DNA of 62,306 nt, counting the filler, from Choristocarpus tenellus KU-1152 (Eukaryota; Protista; Phaeophyceae), in assembly GCA_964200185.2 (NCBI GenBank). It is 9 parts of 9 records of this genome, joined end to end, with 100 filler letters (N's around TTAATTAATTAA, not from the genome) between each part and the next. Parts side by side here need not be neighbours in the genome. Positions count along the whole stretch, not along the records: positions 25,147 to 32,481 come from CAXNAD020006316.1; positions 32,582 to 39,336 come from CAXNAD020007423.1; positions 39,437 to 48,424 come from CAXNAD020004115.1; 6 more parts are not named here. One strand, written 5' to 3'. Positions within the stretch are counted from its first letter, which is position 1. The number at the start of each line of letters is the position of its first letter. The translations under genes and the position numbers were made by a program. Below the pieces are notes generated by a model. It did no database searches and was not told where the DNA came from. It saw only the letters and a program-made list of their open reading frames with translations. Shown in pieces: positions 27,979 through 40,277 of the stretch.

Positions 27979-29190
27979 TACTCCCTCTCAGGGGGGCAGT
28001 ACCGTCGTTCCCCAGTCCTGGTATCCCTTTGTACCCTATCCTTTGCATCCACAATGGCTTTCCTAACCTCATAGGGATTCTTGTTGGGGTGCTTGGGGAC
28101 CAGCACCCTGAGTCTCCTCTGTCCCTGGGACTCTGGGCTTGAGATAGGAGAACACTCGCCCCCTTGGAGATACCTCCACGGTGGTGACCCAGAGCTGTAG
28201 CTCGTTCCTGGCGGGGTTTGGGATAATCTCCAGGGGACTCCCGACGTCTGCTGGTCCCCTGGGATCGTTCTAGTAGCCATTCTACCAATTCCCTGATGCT
28301 ACACGGGCGAAACCTTTCCTCCCTCGAGACCTTTCCATCATCGCCCAGCCAGTAAGAGGCCAGAGACTAGGTGGAGCAGCTTGGACGCTCTGATGGCCCC
28401 TACTGTCGGGGTCCCCCCTTCTAGCCTTGGGGCGGTTACTTCGTGCATCAGGAGATCCACTGTGTGCATGTGGGTGATTGCATGGGCGGTGTGGAACCTG
28501 CCAGGGTCCTTCTTAACTGTGATAATATTTACCCTCTCCAGGGTCTCCATCTGGACTTGTTCAATATACCCATGTTATCTGTAGTGCTTGAGCTGCCTTG
28601 TGAGTCGAGTACTACCATACACACTAACTTACAACCAAAATTTCCCCTGTTCTGTTGACTACGTAACTCCATGTGAGTTTTTTCTATTATACTATTCTTG
28701 ACGGGCTGGATGTCGAAAGTTTCATTTCATGTTCCTTCATTTAGTTTGTAAACTCGACAACGCTCTACCATCAATATTTGAAAAATTAATAGATGCCACT
28801 TCCATACAGAAAAAAATTGTGACGAGTAGCTGCAAGTGGGGACAAGGTAAGCAAGGGTAAGTAGACCAGTGGTGGTAGTACCCGCCCAAAGAGCATACAT
28901 CCAACAACTCTTTCCATTACTATATTAAATGAGCTGCCAAATCCCGTTTACAACAGATCGTGTCTGTCACAACGTAAATGACTCTATCGATACGTGTCAT
29001 GCTTTTTAAGCTGGAGACACCAGGGAGATGGGCAAGGAGGGGCCTGTCAGATTCTTGGGATCTTCCCTAGCTCTTTGGCCTGGGGTGTAGGACAAAGCTA
29101 GGTGGGAGGCATAGGAGCAGAGTGGTGTAGCATAGCTGATTGTAAAATAGTAATTAGATTATAGATAAACATCTTTCATATTCACTTTTT

Positions 29191-29563
29191 GAGCCAAAGT
29201 ATCTTAGAGGATAGAGCCGCGTCCATTTGAGGGCTAGAATCCAATGTTGCGATTTTGATGTAATTNNNNNNGGGAGCATCAGAAGTGGAGCAAGCCGGAG
29301 GTCCGGTTCTTCGGAGAGCTTGGGGACAGGCGCACATATTGTTCGCCCTAGAATCCAATGTTGCGATTTTGATGTAATTTTGGCTATCGTGTTTGTTAGG
29401 AAGTATCAATATCCATGTTTCGGACACACATTTTCATAGTGTACACACTTTCCCTACTCCGAAACATTTTGGAGTAAGAAAATGTTATATAAGAACCCAT
29501 GGGAAGCCAAGCACCAAATGGACAAACAGGGCAAAACTCGTACCCTCTAAGATACTTTCACTC
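29191..29563. mobile_element. MITE family A, reverse orientation, 3-bp TSD TTT (contains a small gap and duplication)
   Basis: GAGCCAAAGTATCTTAGAGG...CCCTCTAAGATACTTTCACTC. Confidence 0.82.
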
Positions 29564-29634
29564 TTTCAGAGGGTGTTCTGATATTGAATCGACTTTTCGT
29601 CGTTTTTTCCCCTAGTACGTCTGCAAAATGTCAG

Positions 29635-30460
29635 AGGTGTGGAAGTTCCAAAGCGCTATAGCTCTCTGCAAAAGGGGGCAATCACATTCACCAGACTGAA
29701 CTCCTCCACCACGGAAGGGCGAGACCGATTTTCTCAGATCTTGACCCAGCATCCCAACGTCAGTTGAGGAGATCCAGAACAGATCCAAAACCTTAGTGCG
29801 CAACAGATGTCACAGAATGGACTGAGCAACATCACAGCGGGAAAATGGATTAGTCAGAATCGGAATGGATCTTCGTTCTGACAGTCCTTCTGACTGTTTG
29901 GTCGTATCCGGATCTTAAGCGTGTGTCTGGTTTTGTGGACTGGTCGGAATGGGTAGGGTCAATGACGTGGTTTTGCACGCGCATATGTATATGTCTGCGC
30001 GCCATATCCACAAAATGTGTATGGGAGATCCCAAAAATGGAACCTGTCCCTGACAGAGGGGATAATAATATACTAGAAAATAAAGTGGTACCAATAGTTT
30101 GAGGTCTGTGGCAGTTCTGCTTTTTTTCACCGCATCGCTGCAACAGATATACAACAATATCTATATCAAATGAAAGGGTATGATAATACCTTTCGAAGGC
30201 TTGTATGCAGGAATGTACAAACTTCGATGAACGGGAACTATGTCCCGGTAAAATAATTGAAAAAACGCGGGGGAATATCTCCGGCGCAATTTTGAAGGTC
30301 ACGATTTCAAAATCAACAAAAATGAAGTGGTTGGCTGAACTCCTCGCAGAAAACTGGTCGAGGGTAAGTTCCTGCCCAAGTTTGGCTGGTGCGGCCCACC
30401 CAGAAAAAAACAGAAAAACTCCCCAAGATTTGCTCTTTTTAACGCCTTTTGCAGCCTTTT
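29635..30460. repeat. Long dispersed repeat; left part similar to ~38725-39120, right part similar to ~54420-54780
   Basis: Shared blocks include CACCAGACTGAACTC, GTCAGTTGAGGA, GACTGAGCAAC, GGGAGATCCCAAAAA; and CAGTTCTGCTTTTTTT, GAACGGGAA, CGCAATTTTGAAGGTCA. Confidence 0.78.
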
Positions 30461-30939
30461 TGTGAGCACACACATAAGTGACTTACACAACAATATGAAC
30501 CACAACAGTGAGACAAGGAGAGCCGCCGAGCCCATTCTGCCCTCTGGATCTACCCTCAGCACCTTCTCTGTCGAGAGAGACCGGAAAAACAAGTATTGTG
30601 TGAAACTCAGTGCGATGTTAGATGACGAGAAAGTGTGAGTAGTGTGGCGCAGCAGCATGATCGAATCACGAAATGGACCACATGGTTGCGACACTGATGC
30701 TGAGAAGATGAATAGAAAGCATTACCACACAAACGTGGTTGGATCTTCAACCACGTCGGAACACTGCTCTGCAGTCTCTGCAGCCTCAAGAAAGCAGGAA
30801 AAGAGCAGCGAGTCCATCACCAGGTGTGGTACAATGATGAAGTCTGTGGGGAAGCTTGGTCACGGTGGGCGAAGGGAGAACCAGAGTGACCGGTCAAAGG
30901 GAAGGTTGAGGAGGAGAAGAGTGCGACTACCTGCCATTG

Positions 30940-31210
30940 CGCTCAGGAAACGTCTAAGCCCGGCTGTAGAACATCATAGTAGTCGACAGTTGGAGCAGGT
31001 CCTACAGCGCTCAAGATGGCAGCAGGATATGCAATGGTCAGGTCGGAAACTGTGAGTAAATGGGAGAGAGACTTCCTAACTATGGGCTACATCAAGGTGT
31101 CGGAGCAAGGGTGCGACGAGAGGCATTTCGTTCTGGGCCTCGACGAGGACATCCTTGCCGGGGTCAAAGAGTATGTACATGAACATACAGGAAGAAAGGG
31201 TGGGGAGTTT
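30940..31210 (+). mobile_element. Possible degenerate DNA-transposase N-terminal fragment
   Basis: ETVSKWERDFLTMGYIKVSEQG..LDEDILAGVKEYV resembles, from recollection only, the HTH region of DDE transposases; no catalytic motif seen. Confidence 0.35.
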
Positions 31211-32328
31211 TTTTTCCCGTCTAAACCCTATACTTCAATCAAGTAATAATATATCTGTTTCCACTCTTGGTGACCTACAATCCACGGTTCGAACCCCAAT
31301 ATGACCGCTCTTTCTTCAAAAAAATAAGAAATGGCGAAAAAATGAGTCCGTAATCTGGAGGGCATTGTGACGGGCATCACGACTATGCTTTTATTTTTTA
31401 ATCCGATGTCTGCATCAAAAGATACGATGGGACAACCCGAGACGCATAAACTATCGGTATCACTATATTACAGACACATTCATATTCATTTGAACACAGG
31501 ATCTTTGGGACTTAAGAATCCCTCGACGAAACCCAGAGTGATATATGGTGTAACTTCTTTTTACTTTTTACTTATGTGAAACGGAACAGAAATCGAGTTT
31601 TTCTTGTACACACCACTGTACTTTGACTTTTCATTGGTTTTTCTCTGGACACATCTGCAAAACGTTAAGAGGGCTTAATAATATATACTACAGTACGTTA
31701 GCTGTTGACGGTCGGAAACTTGTTAGAAGAATCCTGATCTGGCACCGTGTCGCGTGCATTTGTGCATGCTTTGATAAAATAATATTAGGTGTGCCCTAGG
31801 TACCTCAGTGACGATGGTGCCTGTTGTTTGTTTGGTCATTAACTCTATAGTGTGTGAACTTGTATTGTTTCTGTGCTATTGCTACTAGTATTCCTACTAC
31901 TACTACAGCAACAAACACCTGAAGAAAATGTTAATGCTAACATCGGTAAGTAGGACAAGTAGTGTAGTGGTGTTGAAAGAATTCATTGATAATGGAGAGG
32001 GTGAAGAGTCAGGTCCAGGATCAACACTCACGGTGAAAAGGTCTGATTATCGATGTTTTGTGGACATTATCATCATCACCACCATCACAGATCGATGAAA
32101 TGAGCAAATGAATGAATGCTTGTTGTAGTGGTTGTAAGAGGAGTAGAAATATCGGTGGTAGTGATATGTATATGCAATATATACGATGACACGATAAGCA
32201 CACCACATACATACATACTACAAAAAAAAGTGTTGCATATATCCTGCAAATAAAACATGAGAAAACATACACTGGACAAAAAGGAGTGTAGTGGCAATGC
32301 TTCATGCTACACTCACTCAGACATACTA

Positions 32329-32380
32329 CTACCTCCGTGCCATAAGTCTGTGCTGCATTGTCCATAACGTTTGAAGGCAA
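32329..32380 (-). mobile_element. Mariner terminal inverted repeat (Stowaway-like) preceded by TA
   Basis: TA|CTACCTCCGTGCCATAAGTCTGTGCTGCATTGTCCATAAC is a near reverse complement of 61155-61201. Confidence 0.75.
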
Positions 32381-32403
32381 TGAAAGTCCTTTATGAAAGA
32401 AGA

Positions 32404-32481
32404 GGGTCAAAGTATCTTGGGGGGGGGGTTAGTTTGTGAGGGGGCGTCCATTTCGATCAAACAACTCGTTTTTTTGCTGAC
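32404..32481. mobile_element. MITE family B2, cut by spacer
   Basis: GGGTCAAAGTATCTTGGGGG...GTCCATTTCGATCAAACAACTC. Confidence 0.72.
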
Positions 32482-32581
32482 NNNNNNNNNNNNNNNNNNN
32501 NNNNNNNNNNNNNNNNNNNNNNNNNTTAATTAATTAANNNNNNNNNNNNNNNNNNNNNNNNNNNNNNNNNNNNNNNNNNNN

Positions 32582-33600
32582 CTGGCTGTATCTCTATGAC
32601 AATATCGTCCCCCGCTCCCTCTTCAATTGCCTCCATGACCCCCCCTTGGTGTGTGACTTTGGCCCGTCCTGCTGCACAAAGATGGTGTGTCTTCCCAGCC
32701 TAGGCATGCGAACCTTGATTACCATAATGGCATCCTTGATCGTGAGCTTCTTACACCTCTTCCCATCTACTATGGCTGGGACAAGCACCTTGGTGCCTTT
32801 GGGGTGGTGTTTGCTCGAGCGCTGAGCAACGTATCCACGATTGGCTACATCCCAACTTTCCCATCCAACCATTCCCCATTTGAGAGCTTCCTAGGGTGGG
32901 CCACAGCTGCAAGAAACATCACCTTCATAATAAAACGCTTATTCTGTTCCCGTGGGGTGCAGGTACATACACCTTGCCCATCTTTGAGGATGTAAAACCA
33001 CCTCTTGTCCACATGCATCCAGTCATATAGATCATCCACTAATACCTCACTTCCCCCCTCCTGTGTGTGTGGTTGATGACGAAACCCCCCCTGCTGACTT
33101 TCTGCTGGTCTGAGAGGACTGGCTTAAGAGTGAAAGTATCTTAGAGTACGAGTTTGGCCCTGACTATCTGTTTGGGGCTTGGCTTCCCACAGAGTTTTTT
33201 ATTACATTTTACCTACTCCGAAATATTTTGGAGTAGGTAAAATGTATACATTATGAAAAGGTATGTCCGGAACAAGGATATTGATACTTCCTAACAACAA
33301 CGATAGCCAAAATTGCATCAAAATCGCAGCATTGGATTTTGGCCCCAAATGGACGCGGCTCTACCCTCTAAGATATGCTGACTCTGACCTTCTTCACGTT
33401 CTCGCACTTGCACAGATCCCACAAGGCAAGGAAGACCCCAGCTTTGACCGCCCATTTGCAGAAGGATGTGCAGTGTACCGATGGGACATCCCAAACATCA
33501 AGGATACTTGTACGGCAGCCACAGTACCCCTTGCAACATCGTACAAGGTCCACGCATTCACACCCATGTAATCTGCCTGTCATCCTCGTTTAGATGGTGA
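32582..33600 (-). mobile_element. Degenerate Tc1/mariner transposase (plant/oomycete DD39D-like group), interrupted by a MITE
   Basis: KPVLSDQQK, MHVDKRWFY, KVMFLAAVAHPR..WLDGKVG, IFVQQDG; frameshifts. Confidence 0.85.
33128..33384. mobile_element. MITE family A, complete, imperfect TSD TAA/TGA
   Basis: GAGTGAAAGTATCTTAGAG...CCCTCTAAGATATGCTGACTC. Removing it restores VKKVKPVLSD in the transposase. Confidence 0.85.
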
Positions 33601-33614
33601 AACACAGGTGATTC

Positions 33615-34217
33615 GGGTCTGGTGGTAGAACTAAGCACATAGACATTAGCTACCACTATGTACGACAGCTAGAGAGGGAAAGGAAAGTGAAGATTGGATA
33701 TGTACCTACGAAATCGCAACATGCAGATATTTTTACCAAGAGGGTTTGTCTAAGGAATTGTTCGATAGGCATGCAGATATCATTGTGGGTAATATGTGAT
33801 GTGATATGCTGATTGTGTTTTGAGGTGATATTTTCCACTTGAAGTTCAACGCAGGGGAGTGTGTTAAGAATATGCTTTTTATTCATATGTAAAAGATGAT
33901 TCTGTAGGAGAAATATTGAGTTGTTGAACTATTGTGGGATAACGGGATAATTGATAGTGATGCCTTTGTCAGGTGACTACGACAACATTATCTGGGTTAT
34001 TATAGTACAACAAGAAGAATCCTTGAAAAGGAATATGGTAGCAAGTAACACAGATTGAGTGACGAGCTATTAGTGATCAGTGGTGAGTAAAGGGTTTATC
34101 ACCCCCCTTCTTGAATGATGTATCTCACTCCAACTCTCTACCTCCTACAACATAACTGAGAAGGAATTAATCTACATATTTCAATATCAAGACTTGAGAG
34201 TCTACACATTCTATAAC
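33615..34217 (+). mobile_element. Copia 3' end: RNase H tail, polypurine tract and 3' LTR (33860-34217)
   Basis: RTKHIDISYHYVR..YVPTKSQHADIFTK, then AGGGGAG, then TGTTA...TAACA. Confidence 0.85.
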
Positions 34218-36330
34218 AAGGCTGTTTCCATATTGGGTAATGTTGCATTACTCGGGTCTGCCAGGTATTGAAAATATGCCCCAAACTGATCATGTTGGGC
34301 CTTGGCTAGTACTTCAGTATCAATTACTGAAAAAACATTGATGGAGCTAACGAAGAGCTCAGAGTCATTTCCTACCCTAGCAATTTCACCTAATTGATCC
34401 ACAGACAATTCATAGGCCGGGTATACCTTACTTGCTGGAGAAATAGACTGAGGGGTTTCTGCTCCTACATTTCGACATGTATCGGTTAGGGGTGCTGGTT
34501 CAGATTCATGTTTACAGAACTCTTCCAGTTGAGGGCCTGACAACAATCTGGGACATAATGCAATCTGCCAGGATTATGAAGGACATTAAAATCAAAACTT
34601 TGCTGAGCCAGAGCCCTTTGAGTTAACAAATTGGACATGTCTTTCATCGTATGCAGCCACCTTAAGGCTGAATGATTACTAATAACTTTGAAATGTTTGC
34701 CCCAAATATATGGTCTCCATTGTTGAATTGCCAGAATTACGGCAAGACAATCTTTTTGTTTGGTAGAATATTTTCCTTGGGAAGGCGAAAGTAAGGCACT
34801 ATGGTATGCAATTATATCAAAATTGCCATCATCATTTTTATGACCAAAACGCCCCTCTGTCCCAACATTACTGGCATCTACATGTAGACAAAGTTCCTTG
34901 GGAAAATCAGGGAAGTGTAGAACTGGAGCCATGTTTTAAAGTCGATTCCATCTAGATGAGATATCGCTTTTCTCATTTTTTCATTTCTTTAGGGTGGTGT
35001 GATCTCTTTTTGAACCTCCCTTTTGTACATGAAAATCAATTCAACTAACGGTTCTGTTGCTGTTGCTTCGCGAGGAATGTATTTCCTGACAAACTTCATA
35101 GAACTAAAGAAAGATTGTAAGGCTTTCACGGTTTGAGGGAGATGCATTTCTGAAGTAACTTCAATATGAGCTTGTGATACAACTTTTCCTTGTTGACTAA
35201 CAAACATCATGTCCCAAATTATGGATTTGCTTCAGGCCAAATTGAGCCTTGGATGGCTTTGACGTAACGTGTACAGCAGGTGATATACTGTTTGATGGCA
35301 TGCCCAAGATGGAGAAGCCAAAACAATATTGTCTAAATATATCAATAACCCAGGGCCAGGACCGATTATAGGAAAGGTTCAGACATGAAGAATTGAAAGA
35401 TCCACTGTGCGTTTTGGACTCCAGAACGTAACCTCTGAAACTCATATTTACCATCTGGTGTGTTGAATGCAGTTTTCTTTCGTTTGCATTAATCAGTTAT
35501 CGGTAGTTGCTAACAGGCTGATTGGATATCTCAACAAGATAAATATTTTGAACCCCCCAAGGTAAATAAGTGCTTGTCCATGGATGGCAAAGGCCATGAA
35601 TTACGTATCAAATGTTTATTAACGGTTCCTCTAAGGTCCACACAGAACTGAGAGATTCATGCGCTAGATAAGGGTTTTACAATGCCCTGTTTTTCTGTAT
35701 CAGTTACATACTAACAAGTAGTGTTGCGTATTTTTGGTCTACTAACCGGTTTAGTGCCTGGTTGTAGTGGAAAATCAACAGAAATAGTGGTGCAACAACC
35801 TAATTTATTTTCAGATAAAGAAAAGACTGGTCTGAATTTAGCCACAATATCTAGTAATTCCTGTTCAGAAAGCATCAGCTATGTATCTGCAAGAGCCTTC
35901 TTAGAAGAACCTTCAAATCATCCCTAGCTTTTTTCAGTTCTTATGGAGTAGAGGGTGTGGCTGCATCTGCACTTGTGGTAACGTCTGACAGGGAATATGT
36001 GGTTGACCCAGGAGAGATACGACCAATTACAAAATTTGATGGCAACTTGACCTCTTTTTGAGATAAATTGGCAATTTTGACTAAGTATCCTCCACCTTCC
36101 CAAACAGTGAGGGTTTAACTGACCACAATATGTTGCCAGTAGGGGTGTATGTCATTCTATTGCTGAACGTCTGTACCAGTATGAATGGTATGTTCCACCA
36201 CTGTATCGGTAGCTGTTCCTCTGAGTGCCTGAGAACAAGCTGGGACAAGAGTTTCTGTGCCAGGGGGAAGGTGTATATTTTTTACTGTATGCACTGGTGT
36301 AGTGAACTCAGATGTGATCACTGAAATTGA
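34218..36330 (-). mobile_element. Degenerate Ty3/Gypsy pol (RT-RNase H)
   Basis: IYLDNI (YLDD-like), LPQTVKALQSF, LHVDASNVG, KDCLAVILAIQQWRPYIWGKHFKVISNHSALRWL; many stops. The 36330 boundary is approximate. Confidence 0.85.
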
Positions 36331-36342
36331 AATATAAGGTGA

Positions 36343-36602
36343 GAGTCAAAGTATCTTAGAGGGTACAACCGTGTCCAAATGGGGGTCAAAACCCATATGT
36401 TGCAGTTTTGATGTAATTTTGGCTATCGTCTTCGTTAGCAAGCATCGTTATCCTTGTTATGGACACACCTTTTCATAACATACATATTTAACCTATTCCA
36501 AAACATTTCAGAGTAGGAAAATATCATTAAAAACCCCATGGGAAGTCAAGCCCCAAACGGACAAACAGTGCAGAACTTGTACCCTCTAAGATACTTTCAC
36601 TC
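36343..36602. mobile_element. MITE family A, complete (260 bp), reverse orientation, 3-bp TSD TGA
   Basis: GAGTCAAAGTATCTTAGAGGGTACAA / TTGTACCCTCTAAGATACTTTCACTC with TGA on both flanks. Confidence 0.9.
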
Positions 36603-37246
36603 TGATGGATTTTCAGTCTGACAAACATATCTTGGGGGAACAGATGGGAAGTGGTATAAATTTGTAAGTTGGAATGCATTTATCACTGTCTTTAAACGAC
36701 CATTCCTCCTTATCCCAATCTCCAGCACTGCTCCAATTGCTGACATGATGCTGTTATCCAAAAAATTAGATACGACAACTGCCTGGACCAGTATTGATAT
36801 GTCACCAAGTCGTAGTGTAAATTGAATGAAATATTAGATAAACGTCTACCACCTGCTCCTTGTAAATTTATAGTGCATGCTAGAATCTCCCAAATGGATG
36901 CCTTGCAAAGGGTTGGGTGGACTTGAACGTATCTGAGTGATATTACTGGAATGTCAGTGGCAGTATCAACAGGAATGTTCATTAAAGGTTCAATATCTAC
37001 ATACCCAGGAATTTGCATGTGGCGAGATGACACGGTCACCACGCAAGGGGAGTTAGAATAATGTTGGATAGCTGATGTGTGCCAGCGTATGAAAAGGTGG
37101 AACAGCACATTTGAGGTGTAAAAGAAATTTCACTCACACCCAAAAGAGGTTGTGAGGAGCAAGAAAGAGTAGATGCAACCGTTAGTTACATGTCCTGCTT
37201 GTGGCAATTTTCGACTTGCTGACCTTTCGAGGTATTACAAAGTTGT

Positions 37247-37430
37247 GACCCAAAGTATCTGTGGGGGGGGGGGTGGCTACACCAGGGTGTCCATTTCGAC
37301 CAAAATCAGGAGAAGTGCATTTACATCATCCATCCGACGTATGCAACCAAATCACCCAAAAATCGCGACAAAAAAAATTGATTCCAAATGGACAGCTGCC
37401 GCCACCCCCACCCCCAGTATACTTCGAGCC
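37247..37430. mobile_element. MITE family B1, complete, 4-bp TSD TTGT
   Basis: GACCCAAAGTATCT...ATACTTCGAGCC with TTGT on both flanks. Confidence 0.85.
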
Positions 37431-38724
37431 TTGTGTACTAGGTTTTACCGTTTCTTCAGTGTTTCTCAACCTAGCAACAACACATTAGATATCCTACCAC
37501 ATTTATGCCTTACCCTTATTCCAGGAAAACAGAATCAGCAGGGCACCCCTAAATAACTCTCATCTCTCATTCTCTCTCCTCCTGCGGTTTTATGTTATCC
37601 TGCAGGGGTTCATGGGAGGAACAGTAGAGATTTCTGACAGGGCAGCACGTGCTTTGATCACTGATAAAAGTCGACCAATCGAATGCTTTTTGTGGTTGTT
37701 GTAGATACGCATGAGGGAAAGGTTGAACCCATTTTTGAAATTTGGAAATAGGGGAATAAGGACAAATCCTGTGCTCCAGAACTCATGGGGGTAACTTTTT
37801 GTGAGAAAGATGTATCATGATCAAGGGATCAAGTACCTATCCCCAGGGAATGTGGTCGAGGTAGGGTGGGATAAAATGCTCATCTGATCTTCCTGGTTTA
37901 TCCTTAGCAGGGTCGCAGCAGTGAGGGTGACCTCCACACTCTCCTAAGTCCAAAACCGCGTTAGACATAAGCGACAACTCGGAGTTGAATGAAGGAACTT
38001 GTCGTGGATATCGAACTTCCGGCCCTCCTTGTACTCGTCAACTTCGAACGACGCTTGATAGAGGGTCTGGTATGGGTTACGTTGAAGCCGTCACGTAGGG
38101 ATTAGACACAGCCATCTTGTTCAAGCGAACCACCAATGATGTATCAGCGCTTTTGACGGGGCTCAGGATCTGCATGTTTCGGGATATTGGTTTATCTTTC
38201 CTCTCCCCCTACGCTTCCCTGATGATGCTTTATTTGTCGAAGTCGTCTCGACTTTCTGATCAGGGTCAAGAACCTTTGGAGTTGATTATACTTCTTTCTT
38301 GTTCGCCATTATGGCGTAGCCTTACATCTCTGGTGACCCCCCAACACAGATCGGCATGAATACTACTGTTAAGGGGCCTGATTCTGTGTGATGGGGGGCG
38401 ATGGGAACCATTAGAGATGAGGTTCAAAAAGGAAAGATTAGACTGAGGCAATGCTGGGTGTATGTTGACAATGTGAGAGTGCCATCAATCATCATCAATA
38501 TCAATCTTCAATGTGATTGGTTGTGACCAGTCAGAACAAAACACACAATATTGGCTTTGCTGGTTTGAATGCACCGTTCATTATGGGGTTACCCCATGCC
38601 AATCGTGCGTCTGACGCACACTACATCAATGGCAAAAGGTGATGCGCGCAAATGTATACGAGCGCATGTATTATCCTCATCAATGTTGGAGATTTCAAAA
38701 AAAGGTGACCTGTCTTTGACAATA

Positions 38725-39336
38725 GTGTGGAAGTGTCAAGGCGCCAAAACTCTCTACACGATGGGGCAATTACAATCACCAGACTGAACTCTTCCACCTC
38801 AGAGGGTGAGACTGAGTTTCACAGGTTTTGACCCAACATCTCAAAGTCAGTTGAGGAAATCCAGACAGCACAACAGATCTCTGAGAATGACTGAGCAACG
38901 TCACAGAGGAGAAATTGATAGTTCAAAAATCGGAATGAATCTTCGTTGTGACAGTCCTTTTCGCTGCTTGGTCAAATCTGAATCTTATGGGTTTGGTTGG
39001 TTATTATTAACTGATCGGTATGGGCGAGTTCCAATTACTTAGTTGGCACAAAAAAGATTGTATGACCATGTCTTATTCGCAAATGTGTTGGGGAGATCCC
39101 AAAAAAGGAATCTGTCTTCGACACGAGTAGTGTTTGGGGAATATCGAACAAAAAAGGTTGGTCGTTGTGATATTTGTGATATTCTCCCTATCCAAGTACG
39201 TCAGATAATTTTTAACCTCCATTCAACAGCCGATTTCAAAAATTGAGGATGGAGCGTTTCATTGAGGACGGGCTTGACCCAAAATTGACTGGGATAAAGT
39301 GTTGACAAAAAAAACATATCGACACTTTATCCCAGT
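38725..39336. repeat. Copy of the long dispersed repeat, ending in an 18-bp hairpin (39288-39336)
   Basis: Similar to 29635-30060; stem ACTGGGATAAAGTGTTGA / TCGACACTTTATCCCAGT. Confidence 0.72.
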
Positions 39337-39943
39337 NNNNNNNNNNNNNNNNNNNNNNNNNNNNNNNNNNNNNNNNNNNNTTAATTAATTAANNNNNNNN
39401 NNNNNNNNNNNNNNNNNNNNNNNNNNNNNNNNNNNNTCCCCCCCCCCCCCCCTCCTCCCCCCCCCACTAAACCAGACATTCTGAACGAGATCCCTACACT
39501 CAGGTTGAAGTGATTCAAAAAACTGTATTCGGTGGAATAATTCTAAAAAAATACCCCAAAAATTACTGGTAACTTACGGAAGGTGCCCCCCTGTCCTCCT
39601 GAATACACTCCATAGTGTAAAACCCTAAGCCGCCTTGTGGCCTGTCCTCGATAATATTCCCTAACCCTCAGTCCAGCCCTTACAGACACGAACTTACTGA
39701 ACCATCCCCACCACAGTCCGGCCCTGTGGCAGCCCATTTTTTTTGTCCCACGCAAAAAGCCATGTACATTATACAAACACCATTCATGGATGAATGTGGA
39801 GCGTCTTGGGAGGATCAGACCAGGAGTGGACGTTGATGACATCATCATTACAGTTTCATGAATGGATGATCAGGAACAAGTACGTTAGGATTATAGGGCA
39901 ACCCAGATTAATATGGGTGCAGTAGTGGTGTTCCGGGCAGCAG

Positions 39944-40092
39944 CAACACAGGATTTCCCTTCTGCTACAGATCGCTCTGTGGTGCTAATGAGCCAAAATA
40001 CAGTGCTACATAGAACCGGTCAACAAACACAGGATTTCCCCTCCGCTACAGAGCACTCTGTAGTGATACAAGCCCAAAATACAGTGCCACAG
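39944..40092. repeat. Tandem duplication, ~81-bp unit x2
   Basis: AACACAGGATTTCCC..GCTACAGA..CTCTGT..AAAATACAGTGC occurs twice. Confidence 0.8.
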
Positions 40093-40277
40093 AGCCCCAT
40101 AGCCTTGCATGGTGTGTTCAACCCATTGCAACAGGCATGGACAGCAGAAGAGTGCAAGTGAGGGCAATTCTTACCCTAACCTCAATGAACAAAACTTCCA
40201 TAGACTGCCACGCCATAGTCACTATACCATTGCTCATCATTAGCTGCCCATCTCCTCCCCCTCTTCCTTCTTCTCAC

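Larger units (their letters stand above)
25400..28560 (-). mobile_element. Degenerate non-LTR retrotransposon, CRE-like reverse transcriptase, interrupted by a solo LTR and a MITE
   Basis: Motifs in order: SAPGPGG, LDGRNTFNSV, SQQVDPLGPLFY (QGDPLGP), SYLDD, VTLGVPVG, HLGYLARVTPP, PTSSEGLGL, GANAW. Several frameshifts. Confidence 0.85.

Noticed and set aside
27979-27998. Polypurine tract next to the LTR at 27617-27978
   Set aside because: It is the TSD plus host RT-element coding sequence, so this is a solo LTR.
29235-29380. Internal duplication with captured sequence in a MITE
   Set aside because: Flanks a short N gap; most likely an assembly overlap artefact.
20834-36602. Repeated elements as a CRISPR array, attC sites or REP elements
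   Set aside because: Dispersed, in both orientations, with TIRs and TSDs, in intron-rich eukaryotic DNA; no cas or integrase genes.
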